A stretch of DNA of 63,257 nucleotides, filler included. It is 6 parts of 6 records of this genome, joined end to end, with 100 filler letters (N's around TTAATTAATTAA, not from the genome) between each part and the next. Parts side by side here need not be neighbours in the genome. Positions count along the whole stretch, not along the records: positions 1 to 24,114 come from SRR31147125_29585; 5 more parts are not named here. One strand, written 5' to 3'. Below, piece by piece: positions 9,643 to 19,760 of the stretch. Made by a program: the position numbers and the translations under genes. The notes beneath the pieces are model-generated. The model did no database searches, was not told the origin of the DNA, and worked only from the letters and a program-made list of their open reading frames with translations. Numbering within the stretch: position 1 is the first letter of the stretch; every line of letters starts with the position of its first letter.

Positions 9643-10037
9643 ATTGACTGTTGGGATGTCTTGACAGGATCCTCACTTTCGTATTCCAATCACAATTGGT
9701 ATCAAAATGTTCTGACAGTGTTAATTTCTTCGACAACAAAACAATATAAAATAGTTTAACATTGAATTACAATTCTTGTTTAACTAAATTGAATAAATTT
9801 TTTCCATATATTTTGTTGTCAGTGTAAATTGATAAAAAATAATTTTTAACCGGTAGTTACAACAAAATAGTTAAAAGAATGTTCCATTCGGTCATTTTCA
9901 ACAGATCAATTCACCGATTTGCTCAATAAAAAGTATAGAAAACCATTTATGGATGTTCACTCCTACAAAAACATTTATCATCCGGATACAATAAAACACA
10001 CAAAAACGACATAATAGAACATAAGCTTTTATAAAAA

Positions 10038-11060
10038 ATGATTAAAACAATTTATTCACTCATCCATACAAATACGCGCAAAAATATCAGCCACACTTTT
10101 ATGGATTTTATATTATTAACGATATTGATTCAATTTTTTATAAACATACCTGTTTATGCTTTTGTACATCCTGATGCCTCGATTCGACCACAAAAATCAG
10201 TATCTATAATTGTGGATGCGGATTCTCCTTCACATTATTACCACACGTCCCCATTGATAAAAAAATACAACCTTAATTATCATGCTCATTATGGACAAAT
10301 TAACTACGTGGATTCAACAAAAAACAAACGGGAATTATTACCAGATATACGTTTTGCAGCAACGAAATATGTAAAGGATACGTGGAAAATATGTACCTCG
10401 CCGGCTCGACTGAACTGGAAGAGTACGGCCATAGTGGCAGGCATTGGAAGTGCAAGTCTTTTACTTTACAAATATGATGAAGAAATACTGCGTCAATGTC
10501 GTCGAAATTATGAAAACACCCATTATAAAAACTTTATAAAAATGGGCGAATTTTTTGGACCTGTAGGCCTTATGGGAAAAACGAATAAATATTATTTCGC
10601 AGGATTGGCAACCGGGTATCTCTTCAACATAAACAAGCTGACGTTAGCTTCTGCTCAACTATTAGAATCTCATTTTATTGCCGGTAGCTTTAAAAATATT
10701 ATGAATCTTGTTGGTCGGGAACGACCTTATGAGGGATTTGGGGCTTATGAATTTAATGATGGCACGTCATTTCCTTCAGGACATGCTTCAAGTATTTTCC
10801 AGGTAGCGACAATACTTTCTTACCATATTCATAATGTACCGTTTACGGTTGCGGCCTATACAATTGCGACGTCCGTAGCTATCCAACGAATTCAATCAAA
10901 CAGTCATTGGCCTTCTGATGTATTTTTTGCTGCTGTTTATGGAACAGCTATCTCGAAAGCTATTATTAAATTTCATGAAAATGACAGGAAAAAAAGCATA
11001 AAACCTTCGTTTTCTTATATATCAAACACCTTTTTACTTTCCATGCAGGTTAATTTTTAG
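10038..11060 (+). CDS. PAP2-family phosphatase
   Basis: K...GRERP, SFPSGH and RIQSNSHWPSD catalytic motifs. The start codon is uncertain. Confidence 0.85.
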   Translation: MIKTIYSLIHTNTRKNISHTFMDFILLTILIQFFINIPVYAFVHPDASIRPQKSVSIIVDADSPSHYYHTSPLIKKYNLNYHAHYGQINYVDSTKNKRELLPDIRFAATKYVKDTWKICTSPARLNWKSTAIVAGIGSASLLLYKYDEEILRQCRRNYENTHYKNFIKMGEFFGPVGLMGKTNKYYFAGLATGYLFNINKLTLASAQLLESHFIAGSFKNIMNLVGRERPYEGFGAYEFNDGTSFPSGHASSIFQVATILSYHIHNVPFTVAAYTIATSVAIQRIQSNSHWPSDVFFAAVYGTAISKAIIKFHENDRKKSIKPSFSYISNTFLLSMQVNF

Positions 11061-11207
11061 ACTTGTACCAATATGTCCTGGTTTAGCAAACAACTTTTTC
11101 GAAAAGTGTTTTCCTCAGTTCATTCCAGAAAAAACGAACTTTATAGTGCAACGACAATACAAGGTAAAGCTTGCGTTAAACTATGATTTAATTAAAAGGT
11201 AAAAATA

Positions 11208-11443
11208 ATGACAGCAACTATTACATCCAAAGGTCAACTCACGATACCGAAAGCAATCCGTGATCAGTTAAACCTGCATAGCGGAGACAACGTTAAGCTT
11301 GTAATAGATAAAGATGAAAGTATTAGGATTGTTACGATCACGGCATCCATCACAAAACTGAAGGATTTGGTACCAAGGTCGAAAGAAGTGTGAGTCTTGA
11401 AGAAATAAATGAAGCGATTGAAGCGGAGGGCGAAGAACAGTGA
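11208..11443 (+). pseudogene. Second AbrB-family antitoxin, frameshifted near 11389
   Basis: MTATITSKGQLTIPKAIRDQLNLHSGD... The alternative frame continues VSLEEINEAIEAEGEEQ*, matching the C-terminus of the copy at 898. Confidence 0.8.
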
Positions 11444-11613
11444 TTGCATTGGATACAAATGTTTTGATTAGGTATATAATTCAGCACGATCCGGTACAAT
11501 CATGCTACGCTACTTAATTTATTGAAGAAAATCTTTGCAAAGATTCAACTGGCTGGATTAGCCACATTGTTCTATGCGAAATTAATTAGTTTTTAAAATA
11601 TGCCTATATTTAA
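11440..11613 (+). pseudogene. vapC: Second VapC/PIN toxin remnant with in-frame stops, 3'-truncated
   Basis: GTG start: MIALDTNVLIRYIIQHDPVQSCYAT*FIEENLCKDSTGWISHIVLCEIN*FLKYAYI*, containing the PIN DTNVL motif. Confidence 0.85.
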
Positions 11614-11620
11614 TACAAAG

Positions 11621-11675
11621 ATATTTTCCGTCCGGATTCCCTCAATAGTCTTGAGGGAATATCGGACGAAAATAT
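11621..11675. repeat. Long imperfect inverted repeat (about 25-bp arms)
   Basis: ATATTTTCCGTCCGGATTCCCTCAA-TAGTC-TTGAGGGAATATCGGACGAAAATAT. Confidence 0.7.
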
Positions 11676-11827
11676 ATCAAGCGCGAGCAACGCTAAACGA
11701 AATAACATCTTTACAATTATTGACTTTTATTATTTATCAGAACAAAAATTATTAAAAGACATTCATATCAAGTTTGTGTTTTTGTATAGAAAGCGATTTA
11801 AGCAAACACCAACTAACATTACTCTGA

Positions 11828-12706
11828 TTAATAACAAACATCATCATAATCATAGAAATTGGCCATAGCCAATTCGTAATTCGGCATATCTATCTTAAAA
11901 TGATGCGGAAAGTTTTCTTCCTGACAAAGATAGTGTCCAAGAGCCGGGCTTACACGAAATGTTTTTTGGAGTAAGAGATATTCATCTTTTAATCTGTTTA
12001 GATCTTTGGTTTGCCCCTTTTTAGCTCTTAGCATAATATTTTTATCAGTATATCGCGATGAAACAAATTCTATAATATCTACTTCATATCCGTGCATCTC
12101 AAGGAGTAATGCTCGAAGAGAATCTCCCACCATATAAGCAAGTTTCTTTTTGAATACCTGATGTCGTGTTAATCCTGTATATGGACGGCCCTTCATTTTC
12201 TTTACTACAGTATGCTGACAACAAGACACGGACAATACATGTCTCGCATGGGATTTTAATCCCAAATACAATGTCTTGTCTGTAGCCGTATCGCAAGCAT
12301 GTAAGGAATACACCATATCCGGGCGACCGGAATGTATATAATCCACAATATCACAGGCGTGAAAAAATATATGCTCAAATTTTAGTGTCCTGGCAAGCTC
12401 TCTGTTTTTCTCCATCAACCTTTGATTGCTATCTACGCAATGAATACGGACACGTCTTCCATCAATCCTGGTATAAAAATAATATACCAAAAAGCTCAGA
12501 TAACAATTTCCAGCTCCGCAATCAATAAAAACCAGCTCACGTTTTTTTGAATATTTTCTGATTTGTGCATGTATCGTTTCCAAAACAGCAAGTATTTGTC
12601 CTATTTTTGCTGCTTTATCGTTGCCAACCTCTTGATTTTCATTATTTAATTTAATCTTTTGAAATAATCCATAAAGTGATCTGTGCGCTTTGCGCGGTAT
12701 TAACAT
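11828..12706 (-). CDS. Class I SAM-dependent methyltransferase (Methyltransf_32-like)
   Basis: FIDCGAGNCYLSF, SLHACDTATD, SVSCCQH and KNIMLRA motifs. ATG at 12706 follows GGAGG. Confidence 0.85.
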   Translation of the reverse strand: MLIPRKAHRSLYGLFQKIKLNNENQEVGNDKAAKIGQILAVLETIHAQIRKYSKKRELVFIDCGAGNCYLSFLVYYFYTRIDGRRVRIHCVDSNQRLMEKNRELARTLKFEHIFFHACDIVDYIHSGRPDMVYSLHACDTATDKTLYLGLKSHARHVLSVSCCQHTVVKKMKGRPYTGLTRHQVFKKKLAYMVGDSLRALLLEMHGYEVDIIEFVSSRYTDKNIMLRAKKGQTKDLNRLKDEYLLLQKTFRVSPALGHYLCQEENFPHHFKIDMPNYELAMANFYDYDDVCY

Positions 12707-12743
12707 TGCAACCTCCGGGAAATCTTTCCGAGTGAGCAATGTC

Positions 12744-12827
12744 TTATCTAAAGGGGATAAAAATAGTGGCTTGAAAATTGAATAGCATGAAATACCAAAT
12801 TTGTAGATATACCCGTAAAAAGGACAT
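12744..12827 (-). CDS. Putative 27-aa leader peptide MSFLRVYLQIWYFMLFNFQATIFIPFR
   Basis: Short ORF with an SD-like AAGGGTGA. Its stop abuts a hairpin that covers the methyltransferase RBS and ATG. Confidence 0.35.
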   Translation of the reverse strand: MSFLRVYLQIWYFMLFNFQATIFIPFR

Positions 12828-13408
12828 ATCTCACCCTTGGGTTAAATAGTGAGAATATCATTTTGTTGTTACAGGTTTTTCTACAGCCCCAACCTTGCTT
12901 ACAGGGTTGAAAACAGGTTGGGATGGTACCTCCGCTATTTATTATGAGGAAAGATTTTAGATTTACGACTGGTTTTTAAGCCTTAACACAGTACGCAAAT
13001 TATTTTCAGTTAACTAATATAATATAATCTATAAAATATGCAAGTAACTTTTATAAACATCCAAATCAAATTACTACCACCCAAGGCAGTAGGTTTAGAA
13101 ATAAATAGACAATCTCTTTCCCTCCCTTTCAAAGTTCTGTATCATCCATGCCATAAAACTTTTACATCGATACTTCCGATTGCATTCCGTAGGCTCAGAG
13201 TAAATTTTAGTGTAATATTCCACGCAAGTCATGCTCTGATATTAACCAGCCTATTTTTAATTTTCGGGTTTCAACTCCACTTTTTGCTTCGACCTGCTAA
13301 CAAAGGAGTAGCCAGCTAATTTATATATTCAATATTAATAACCTTTAGAACATATTATCTCAAACAGCTTCTTTTTCCCCGGATTAATTATCATTTCGTT
13401 TCCTTTTC

Positions 13409-13445
13409 AAAAAGAGCCCGGCATGGAAAAACCAGGCTCTTTTTT
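13409..13445. terminator. Bidirectional-type intrinsic terminator after the PQQ-propeller gene
   Basis: AAAAAGAGCCCGG...CCAGGCTCTTTTTT. Confidence 0.7.
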
Positions 13446-13489
13446 CACTTACTATTCCAATATATTAGCTGAAAATGCAGTAGTATGAT

Positions 13490-16400
13490 CTATATAACGT
13501 CTTCCCTAATAATCTCAATAAAATTAATAATAGGAGCCTGATTCTTTTTAGGTTTTCCCTTTTTAGAGGCAAGCTCAATTACCAGGTCATCTTTAACCTG
13601 AATTCCTTTAAACTCTTTGACAACTGCTTTATTTGTGCTACCTGCTTCACTGACAATGTCAAAATCACTCATGACGACATCACCCTGGAGCTGAACATCA
13701 AAAATCCGATTGCCTTTTTGATCCTGGGAAGGAGCATTGAAGCCACATCGTATTGTATAAAGAGCGGATTCCTGTCCTTTGTCCTTATCGATCAAAGGTA
13801 TCTCACACCGCGATAATCCCACACAGCCGGAGGTGAAAAGCCATGGTTTATCCGTCTCTTTAATAGAACTATTTCTAAAATCAGAGCAAAAATAGCCCAT
13901 ATCTGGTAATGTCTCTTCCTTTAGATCAAATTTGACGCCATAATTTGGAAAGTGATTCTTTGAATAAACCGTTTTTGGATTGGGATACCCAAACCAGAGT
14001 ATACCGTCATCATCCCGCATATCGGAAGGCGCACCCAAATTGATAGCAAAATGTTTGACTGGTGTCATGTCACCATGGGTAATAAAAACAGTCCAGGGTT
14101 GTGGTCTGTTCGGCTTTTGTTTCAGAACAAGAGAGGTTCGAAGTGGATAAGAGCAGGTACAACCGGAACTGGCCTCGGGGAAGAGTAATACGCCATTTGC
14201 GGGAATCAGATTAATGGCACATCCCGGCCGAATCGCACCAAATTGTGTGACACCACGATCGTTTTCAAGATCATAAAACGCCGTGCAGGATGACCGGTAG
14301 TACAGGCCATTTGCAGATGCTGAAGTAATGGCACATGTATGGCCAGGCCGTAGAAACTCCCATGGAACCTGCTCTCCAGTTACAGGATGAGTGCGCATGA
14401 TAATCTCACCGGTATAGAGATTACATGCCCGCGGCTCAATAATAATTTGATCACCGACAATAAGAGGCCTGGTACGATAGTTCAGAGCTTTGGACCACAA
14501 CATGTTGCCTTTATCAGCATTTAAAGCCATGATACGCCGCCACTTGAGTGCGTCGGCCTTGAATCTCCAGGCATCATGGTTGCCGTGATTTCCAAAGAAC
14601 AAAAGCAAACCATCTGCAAAGGCAGCACCCATTTTATCGCCGCAACACCCTGTCAAATCAACCGGTTTGTTCCAGATTTTCGCGCCGGTTCTTGCATTCA
14701 ATGCGAAAACGTTCCTCACATCCGCATCTTTGTATTCAAGGGTTCCGCCGTTCGATTCTTCCCTGAACAATTCTGCTTTAATGGCATTTACCACATATTC
14801 TGCTCTTTCAATAGCACGACTGGTTGAATTTTTGTCGTTTTTTATCTTTTCAAGATTCTTCTGAGCAACGTCAGCCTCTTCAAATATACCTTCTCTTATC
14901 TCATATTTCCCGGATCGGGTATTGGCGTGTCGTATCTCAAAAGCGCGTTGTTTCTGGCTGTCCGAAACTTTACTATCCGCAAAGAATATTTTGTTATCTC
15001 CCAGTGCAATAGTAATATTGGCAATTTTTCCTCCGTCATATTGCCATAACAATTTTCCTGTTTCGGCGTTCATGGCAAATATTTTATCGCTCACCTGCAA
15101 ACCATCAGTAATAGCGTTCTGATTCGTAAACTCTCCACCTCCGGGAAATTTGGTCATAGTACGATAGAGCATTCCTGCTCGCTGCAAATCCCATAGAAAA
15201 TTTTCATCTGGTACAGGATAGAGGTTTTTATAATATTTATATCTTTCAACAAAAAGAGGATTTATTTCAGAAACATCTTTCCATTTTCCATTTTCCACAC
15301 ATTCTTTTATAATAGCAGCATAATCCTCTTTCCATTGTATTGCAGCGGATCCATAGAGAATAGTACCGGTACAGCTAATATATCCCCAACGACGGGGTTT
15401 TCCGTCAGCTGATGGCGGTAAGGTGAAAACATGCAATGTTTTACCGGTTGCCGGTTCAAGCTTATAACACTTGTCATATGCGGCCACGTACAGGGCGTCA
15501 TGAGTGAGAGCCAGATTACCGGCATCTCCCTTTATTTTGACTCGTACGGCACCGGGAATATCCCGTTTCCACAAAAGTGTGCCGTTAAAAGCATCATAGG
15601 CCATTATTTTTTCCTGACCCTCTATAAACATACGCCCATCAATTGAAACGGGACTCATACCTCGTGCGTGTCTTTCCATCATTCCCGCTGGTCCGGGTTC
15701 CCCCCACCATAATACACCCAACGGACCGTTTACCAGTTCATCATTTGAACAGGCTGTGTTTTGCGGATTTCCATATTGCTGTGTCCAACTGCCGGCTCCT
15801 TCCAGTTCACCTCTTGTTATTTTTGTCCAGAGCGCATCTTTTTTATCGCTAACAGTAATCATTTTCAGACTATTGTCCGATCCTATCAGTTGCTTATCAG
15901 ATATAACGAGGCCAGGCTGCGATTTCAAGGCTTTGCTGAACAAAGCGACACCACCTGACGGCTTTAACACTCTTGCTATGTCCGCTGTTACCTGAATATT
16001 TTTTCGTGATCTTATATTTTCATCCGAGACAATTAGATTAGCGAAATAATCCGGCAAGGATTTAAGATCCCACGGTTCAATCACAACTCTGGAACCATAC
16101 AAGCCGGCCGCATCCAGCTTTTCTTTCGCTTCCCGGATTTTTTCAGGATCCTCTTCAATTCCGATAATTTTTAAATCACTTTTTTTTGCCAGCTCATATG
16201 CAAGTCTCCCTATACCAGCGTCCAGTACAAGGGCATAACCCTTTTGAACTCCGGATTCCGACAATATTGTTTCAGCTGCTTCTGCATAGATAGGGGTTTT
16301 GTCATCTTTAACATAAGGAGATGATGAGACATTGCATTTGATCTCTTGTACTTCCCGAGTTTGTTCTTCACTATAACAATAAATGTCACCTGTGCTTGTG

Positions 16401-17827
16401 CTGACAAACAGATGCCCTTTCGTTGCCGCCAGACCGCAGGTTTGGCTGGCTATTGGAGCTTTCCACAGTTCTTCTCCGGATTTGGCATTTACCGCAACGA
16501 CGTGATCCCTGCCTCCTGCAAAAGCCACATCACCCGCCAGGATAAGCCTGGTCAGGTCACCATTTAAATATTCCCATTTGCACAGAGACGATTTTAACTG
16601 TTGCTCCTTTTCAGTAATCCTTTCAATCTCTGCAAGGTTTTTATCAATAGCATCCTGCAAGGCATCACGGTCTTTAGGAATTTTCATAATCTTACGCCGT
16701 AATTCAGAAATGGTTGCCGCTAAATTTCTTTTCTTCCCTTTACAGCTATTCAATTCCTTCTGTATATTTGTGATATTTTTTCGTTCCAGACATACTATGC
16801 CCTTTCCGGTAAGCGCGAAAGAGACATTGGATTTTAATAAAAGATCGATTGACGGAAACCATGCATGAATATCCTCTATTCTCTGACCGGTTACATCGTT
16901 ATAAAATTGCTTTGATGGAGTTCCTGAATAATCTATTCCTGCAACAACGTTTTCATCATCCAATACTGTCCATGATCCACCCACTTTGCCTGGCGGTGAA
17001 AGATATCGTATAAATTGACCATTCTTCTTATCAAGCACTGCAGGCATAGCTCGACCGGAAGGCACATAAAGCATATCTTTTGAAGTCACAAGATAACCGT
17101 GCGGAGAGATACCGCCAAAATTTAATTCGTGTTCCTGATCCCCGAGTGTATCGTTTTTCCATATTATTGATCCGTCATTTGCGTCTAGTGCGCAAACATA
17201 GAGGCCTTCATATGGAAATACACCTGCACCAAAATACACAATATCCTCTTCGACAACGACACTGGTTCTCACCGGCCATAATGAAACCATTCTGCCATTA
17301 CCTAAAACTTTATCATCACCCGGACCAGCCTTGTAGCGCCATTCCAGTAATCCGGTTTTCGCATCCAGGCAATAGACGTGACCATCATCTGACCCTAGGA
17401 AAACCCGATCCTTATTTATCGTGGGAGCAAAGCGGATGGGTCCTTCCGTAAAATAGCTCCAGACGACCGCACCAGTCGAGATATCAATAGCGTAAATCTT
17501 GTTATCCACAGAGGATCCCCAATAGGCCAAACCATTGGCAGCGACAACATGAAACGTATTGTCCTCATGCATCCTCGGGCGTTCCTCTGCCGGTGTATAC
17601 CAGGCCGGTTGAGGCGCATGTGCTGGTTTAAAAATCCATTTTGGATAAAGTGGTGGTTTTATTCTTTCTTTTGTAATTCCACTCCGGGATTTATCATGAC
17701 GGTAGGTGGTCCACCCGGATTTTTCAAAATAGTTGCAGCCTGGTAAAGTTAAAGCAAATAGAACAAGACAGGCATTCAACAAAACAGTAAATAGACGTTT
17801 GGGGGATTTATCCAAAAGACAGCTCAT
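13490..17827 (-). CDS. Large PQQ-binding-like beta-propeller lipoprotein with internal methyltransferase-like domain and C-terminal malectin domain
   Basis: LPGC lipobox, WTTYRHDKSRSG, repeated YCLDAKTG..W blades, VLDAGIGRLAYELA Rossmann-like segment, and RIFDVQLQG...FDIVSEAG...PIINFIEI malectin-like tail. Confidence 0.8.
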   Translation of the reverse strand: MSCLLDKSPKRLFTVLLNACLVLFALTLPGCNYFEKSGWTTYRHDKSRSGITKERIKPPLYPKWIFKPAHAPQPAWYTPAEERPRMHEDNTFHVVAANGLAYWGSSVDNKIYAIDISTGAVVWSYFTEGPIRFAPTINKDRVFLGSDDGHVYCLDAKTGLLEWRYKAGPGDDKVLGNGRMVSLWPVRTSVVVEEDIVYFGAGVFPYEGLYVCALDANDGSIIWKNDTLGDQEHELNFGGISPHGYLVTSKDMLYVPSGRAMPAVLDKKNGQFIRYLSPPGKVGGSWTVLDDENVVAGIDYSGTPSKQFYNDVTGQRIEDIHAWFPSIDLLLKSNVSFALTGKGIVCLERKNITNIQKELNSCKGKKRNLAATISELRRKIMKIPKDRDALQDAIDKNLAEIERITEKEQQLKSSLCKWEYLNGDLTRLILAGDVAFAGGRDHVVAVNAKSGEELWKAPIASQTCGLAATKGHLFVSTSTGDIYCYSEEQTREVQEIKCNVSSSPYVKDDKTPIYAEAAETILSESGVQKGYALVLDAGIGRLAYELAKKSDLKIIGIEEDPEKIREAKEKLDAAGLYGSRVVIEPWDLKSLPDYFANLIVSDENIRSRKNIQVTADIARVLKPSGGVALFSKALKSQPGLVISDKQLIGSDNSLKMITVSDKKDALWTKITRGELEGAGSWTQQYGNPQNTACSNDELVNGPLGVLWWGEPGPAGMMERHARGMSPVSIDGRMFIEGQEKIMAYDAFNGTLLWKRDIPGAVRVKIKGDAGNLALTHDALYVAAYDKCYKLEPATGKTLHVFTLPPSADGKPRRWGYISCTGTILYGSAAIQWKEDYAAIIKECVENGKWKDVSEINPLFVERYKYYKNLYPVPDENFLWDLQRAGMLYRTMTKFPGGGEFTNQNAITDGLQVSDKIFAMNAETGKLLWQYDGGKIANITIALGDNKIFFADSKVSDSQKQRAFEIRHANTRSGKYEIREGIFEEADVAQKNLEKIKNDKNSTSRAIERAEYVVNAIKAELFREESNGGTLEYKDADVRNVFALNARTGAKIWNKPVDLTGCCGDKMGAAFADGLLLFFGNHGNHDAWRFKADALKWRRIMALNADKGNMLWSKALNYRTRPLIVGDQIIIEPRACNLYTGEIIMRTHPVTGEQVPWEFLRPGHTCAITSASANGLYYRSSCTAFYDLENDRGVTQFGAIRPGCAINLIPANGVLLFPEASSGCTCSYPLRTSLVLKQKPNRPQPWTVFITHGDMTPVKHFAINLGAPSDMRDDDGILWFGYPNPKTVYSKNHFPNYGVKFDLKEETLPDMGYFCSDFRNSSIKETDKPWLFTSGCVGLSRCEIPLIDKDKGQESALYTIRCGFNAPSQDQKGNRIFDVQLQGDVVMSDFDIVSEAGSTNKAVVKEFKGIQVKDDLVIELASKKGKPKKNQAPIINFIEIIREDVI

Positions 17828-18293
17828 AAAGGACCTCCTGTGATGAAAATCGTTTTACAATGCATTTCATTAACCGCAAAGCCAGGTTGTAGATATAAAT
17901 AAAAAATTGACCATTTGTTGGGTATTATTAAAAGTAAAAAATACTGTCAGAGGGTAGAATATGAAAAGAGATTATATGCAATTAATCCAAGATAATATAT
18001 AGATTATTTGAATGCAAGCACATATCCTATTTTATACGATTTATTTAATGTCGTTTAGCAAGATGATCTTGAATACACAGCGACAATTTGGATTATATCT
18101 CATGATGCTAAAATCAAAAAATAAATTCAATCCCATAAACAATAGGAATCCAATAAAACAAAAAAATCAACAGAAAACAGGAATTAAGGTACAGTCCAAT
18201 AAGGTTATATCTTTTAAAGTCCCAACCTGCATTGATTTGGTTATCCTGGAAAAACCTGCATTTTAGCACCATCTACTCAAAAAGTCCTGTACA

Positions 18294-18308
18294 TAATAAT
18301 CATTATGA
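18294..18308. promoter_or_regulatory. Fur-family-like 7-1-7 box
   Basis: TAATAAT-C-ATTATGA has 2 mismatches to TGATAATnATTATCA and lies just upstream of the AGGAGG RBS. The AT-rich context lowers specificity. Confidence 0.3.
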
Positions 18309-18329
18309 ATACCAAGGAGGTAGAGAAAA

Positions 18330-19736
18330 ATGAAACTTTTCATCCTATGTACTCTGATGCTTTTTCTCTTTTTAATATGTATTTCACCAGCGATGGCAGA
18401 TTATAAATTAACAATGAACTTTAGTGGCATGGATCCGCATATCGGGCAGATGCTGGAGATAAGAGTGGTTGATAAGGGTAACGGATTAGAAGTAGGGCGC
18501 ACCAATCTGGCGAGTATTCCCGGGGCGACTTTTTCTGTAGAGCTTTATGTGCTTATACCGGATAGCAGTTATTCCATCGAATTTTATGCTGATTTTAATA
18601 ACAATAGTCAATATGATGCTCCACCGACAGATCACGCGTGGACAGCAGAAATAGATAATGTTGTGGGCGATACACAAGTGAATTTTACTCACAATATGGA
18701 TTTTACGGATATCGCTTTTCCGGCACCCATACCTATAGCTCACCTGGTTGGAGACTGGGATGGCAGATGGGAGAATCCTACTTTTGAGGTGAGTGGTGCG
18801 GCAGCCGGCACATTCACCGCCAATACGGAAAATAATACAGCCGTGGCGCAGGGCCAGGCATGGGGTATATTTGGTAATCCGGAACCAGTAAGTTATACAC
18901 TAAACGGCACGATCGGGCCGGATCCCTGGACGGCTGTTTTCACGGCCCAGGATCCCTGGTCTGGTACAATTACACTTTCCAATGGTCAAATTACCGGGAC
19001 AATTGGTTATTCCAGCATAGGTATTTCCGCCGCCGTACTGGGCAACTATGGATTGGGACAGATGATTATTTATTATCTCATGACGGGATCTTTTACGGCT
19101 GAAGAACTGACTCTTATGTTTCGGGATAATATTGTCATACCTGTTGAACTGGCCTCTTTTTCCGGCACATTTAACACGGAACGTTATCGAGTTAACCTGG
19201 AATGGCAAACAGCGACAGAAACGAACAACTATGGTTTCGAGATAGAGCGAGCAACAAGCAAAAAAAATAATGAGTGGCAAAAGATAGGTTTTGTCAAAGG
19301 AAAAGGAACGACATCAACACCTCATAACTATTTTTTCACAGATGAATTAACAGAATCCGGTGTTCCTGCTAAACAGGAAGAATATTCTTTATCCTATCGT
19401 CTCAGGCAAATAGACCATGACGGCACCTTTACCTATTCACAGCCTGTGGAAGTAACAATTCAATCAGCTCCGTTAACGTTCAAACTTTTGCAAAATTATC
19501 CAAATCCGTTTAATCCTGTAACCATCATTTCGTTTGAATTGCAGGAAAAAAGTAATATCAGGCTTGTGCTGACAAATATTCTCGGTAAAGTTGTAAAAGA
19601 AATTGCAGAGGGTGAATATGAAGCTGGTTATCATAAAATATTATTTAATGCTCAGGACCTGGCAGCAGGATTATATGTATACAAATTAGAGGCTAATGGA
19701 TTTACGGATATGAAAAAATTAGTGGTCATAAAATAG
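18330..19736 (+). CDS. Secreted protein with T9SS type A C-terminal sorting domain
   Basis: Signal peptide (..PAMA), IPVELASF...WQTATETNNYGFEIER module and LLQNYPNPFNP...GLYVYKL...KKLVVIK CTD. Confidence 0.88.
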   Translation: MKLFILCTLMLFLFLICISPAMADYKLTMNFSGMDPHIGQMLEIRVVDKGNGLEVGRTNLASIPGATFSVELYVLIPDSSYSIEFYADFNNNSQYDAPPTDHAWTAEIDNVVGDTQVNFTHNMDFTDIAFPAPIPIAHLVGDWDGRWENPTFEVSGAAAGTFTANTENNTAVAQGQAWGIFGNPEPVSYTLNGTIGPDPWTAVFTAQDPWSGTITLSNGQITGTIGYSSIGISAAVLGNYGLGQMIIYYLMTGSFTAEELTLMFRDNIVIPVELASFSGTFNTERYRVNLEWQTATETNNYGFEIERATSKKNNEWQKIGFVKGKGTTSTPHNYFFTDELTESGVPAKQEEYSLSYRLRQIDHDGTFTYSQPVEVTIQSAPLTFKLLQNYPNPFNPVTIISFELQEKSNIRLVLTNILGKVVKEIAEGEYEAGYHKILFNAQDLAAGLYVYKLEANGFTDMKKLVVIK

Positions 19737-19760
19737 TATCATGAACAAAGGATGTGCTAA

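Noticed and set aside
13038-13319. 93-aa ORF
   Set aside because: No RBS or recognisable motif; it lies in AT-rich intergenic DNA.
18012-18266. 84-aa ORF upstream of the T9SS cargo gene
   Set aside because: Low-complexity AT-rich sequence with no RBS or motif; probably promoter DNA.
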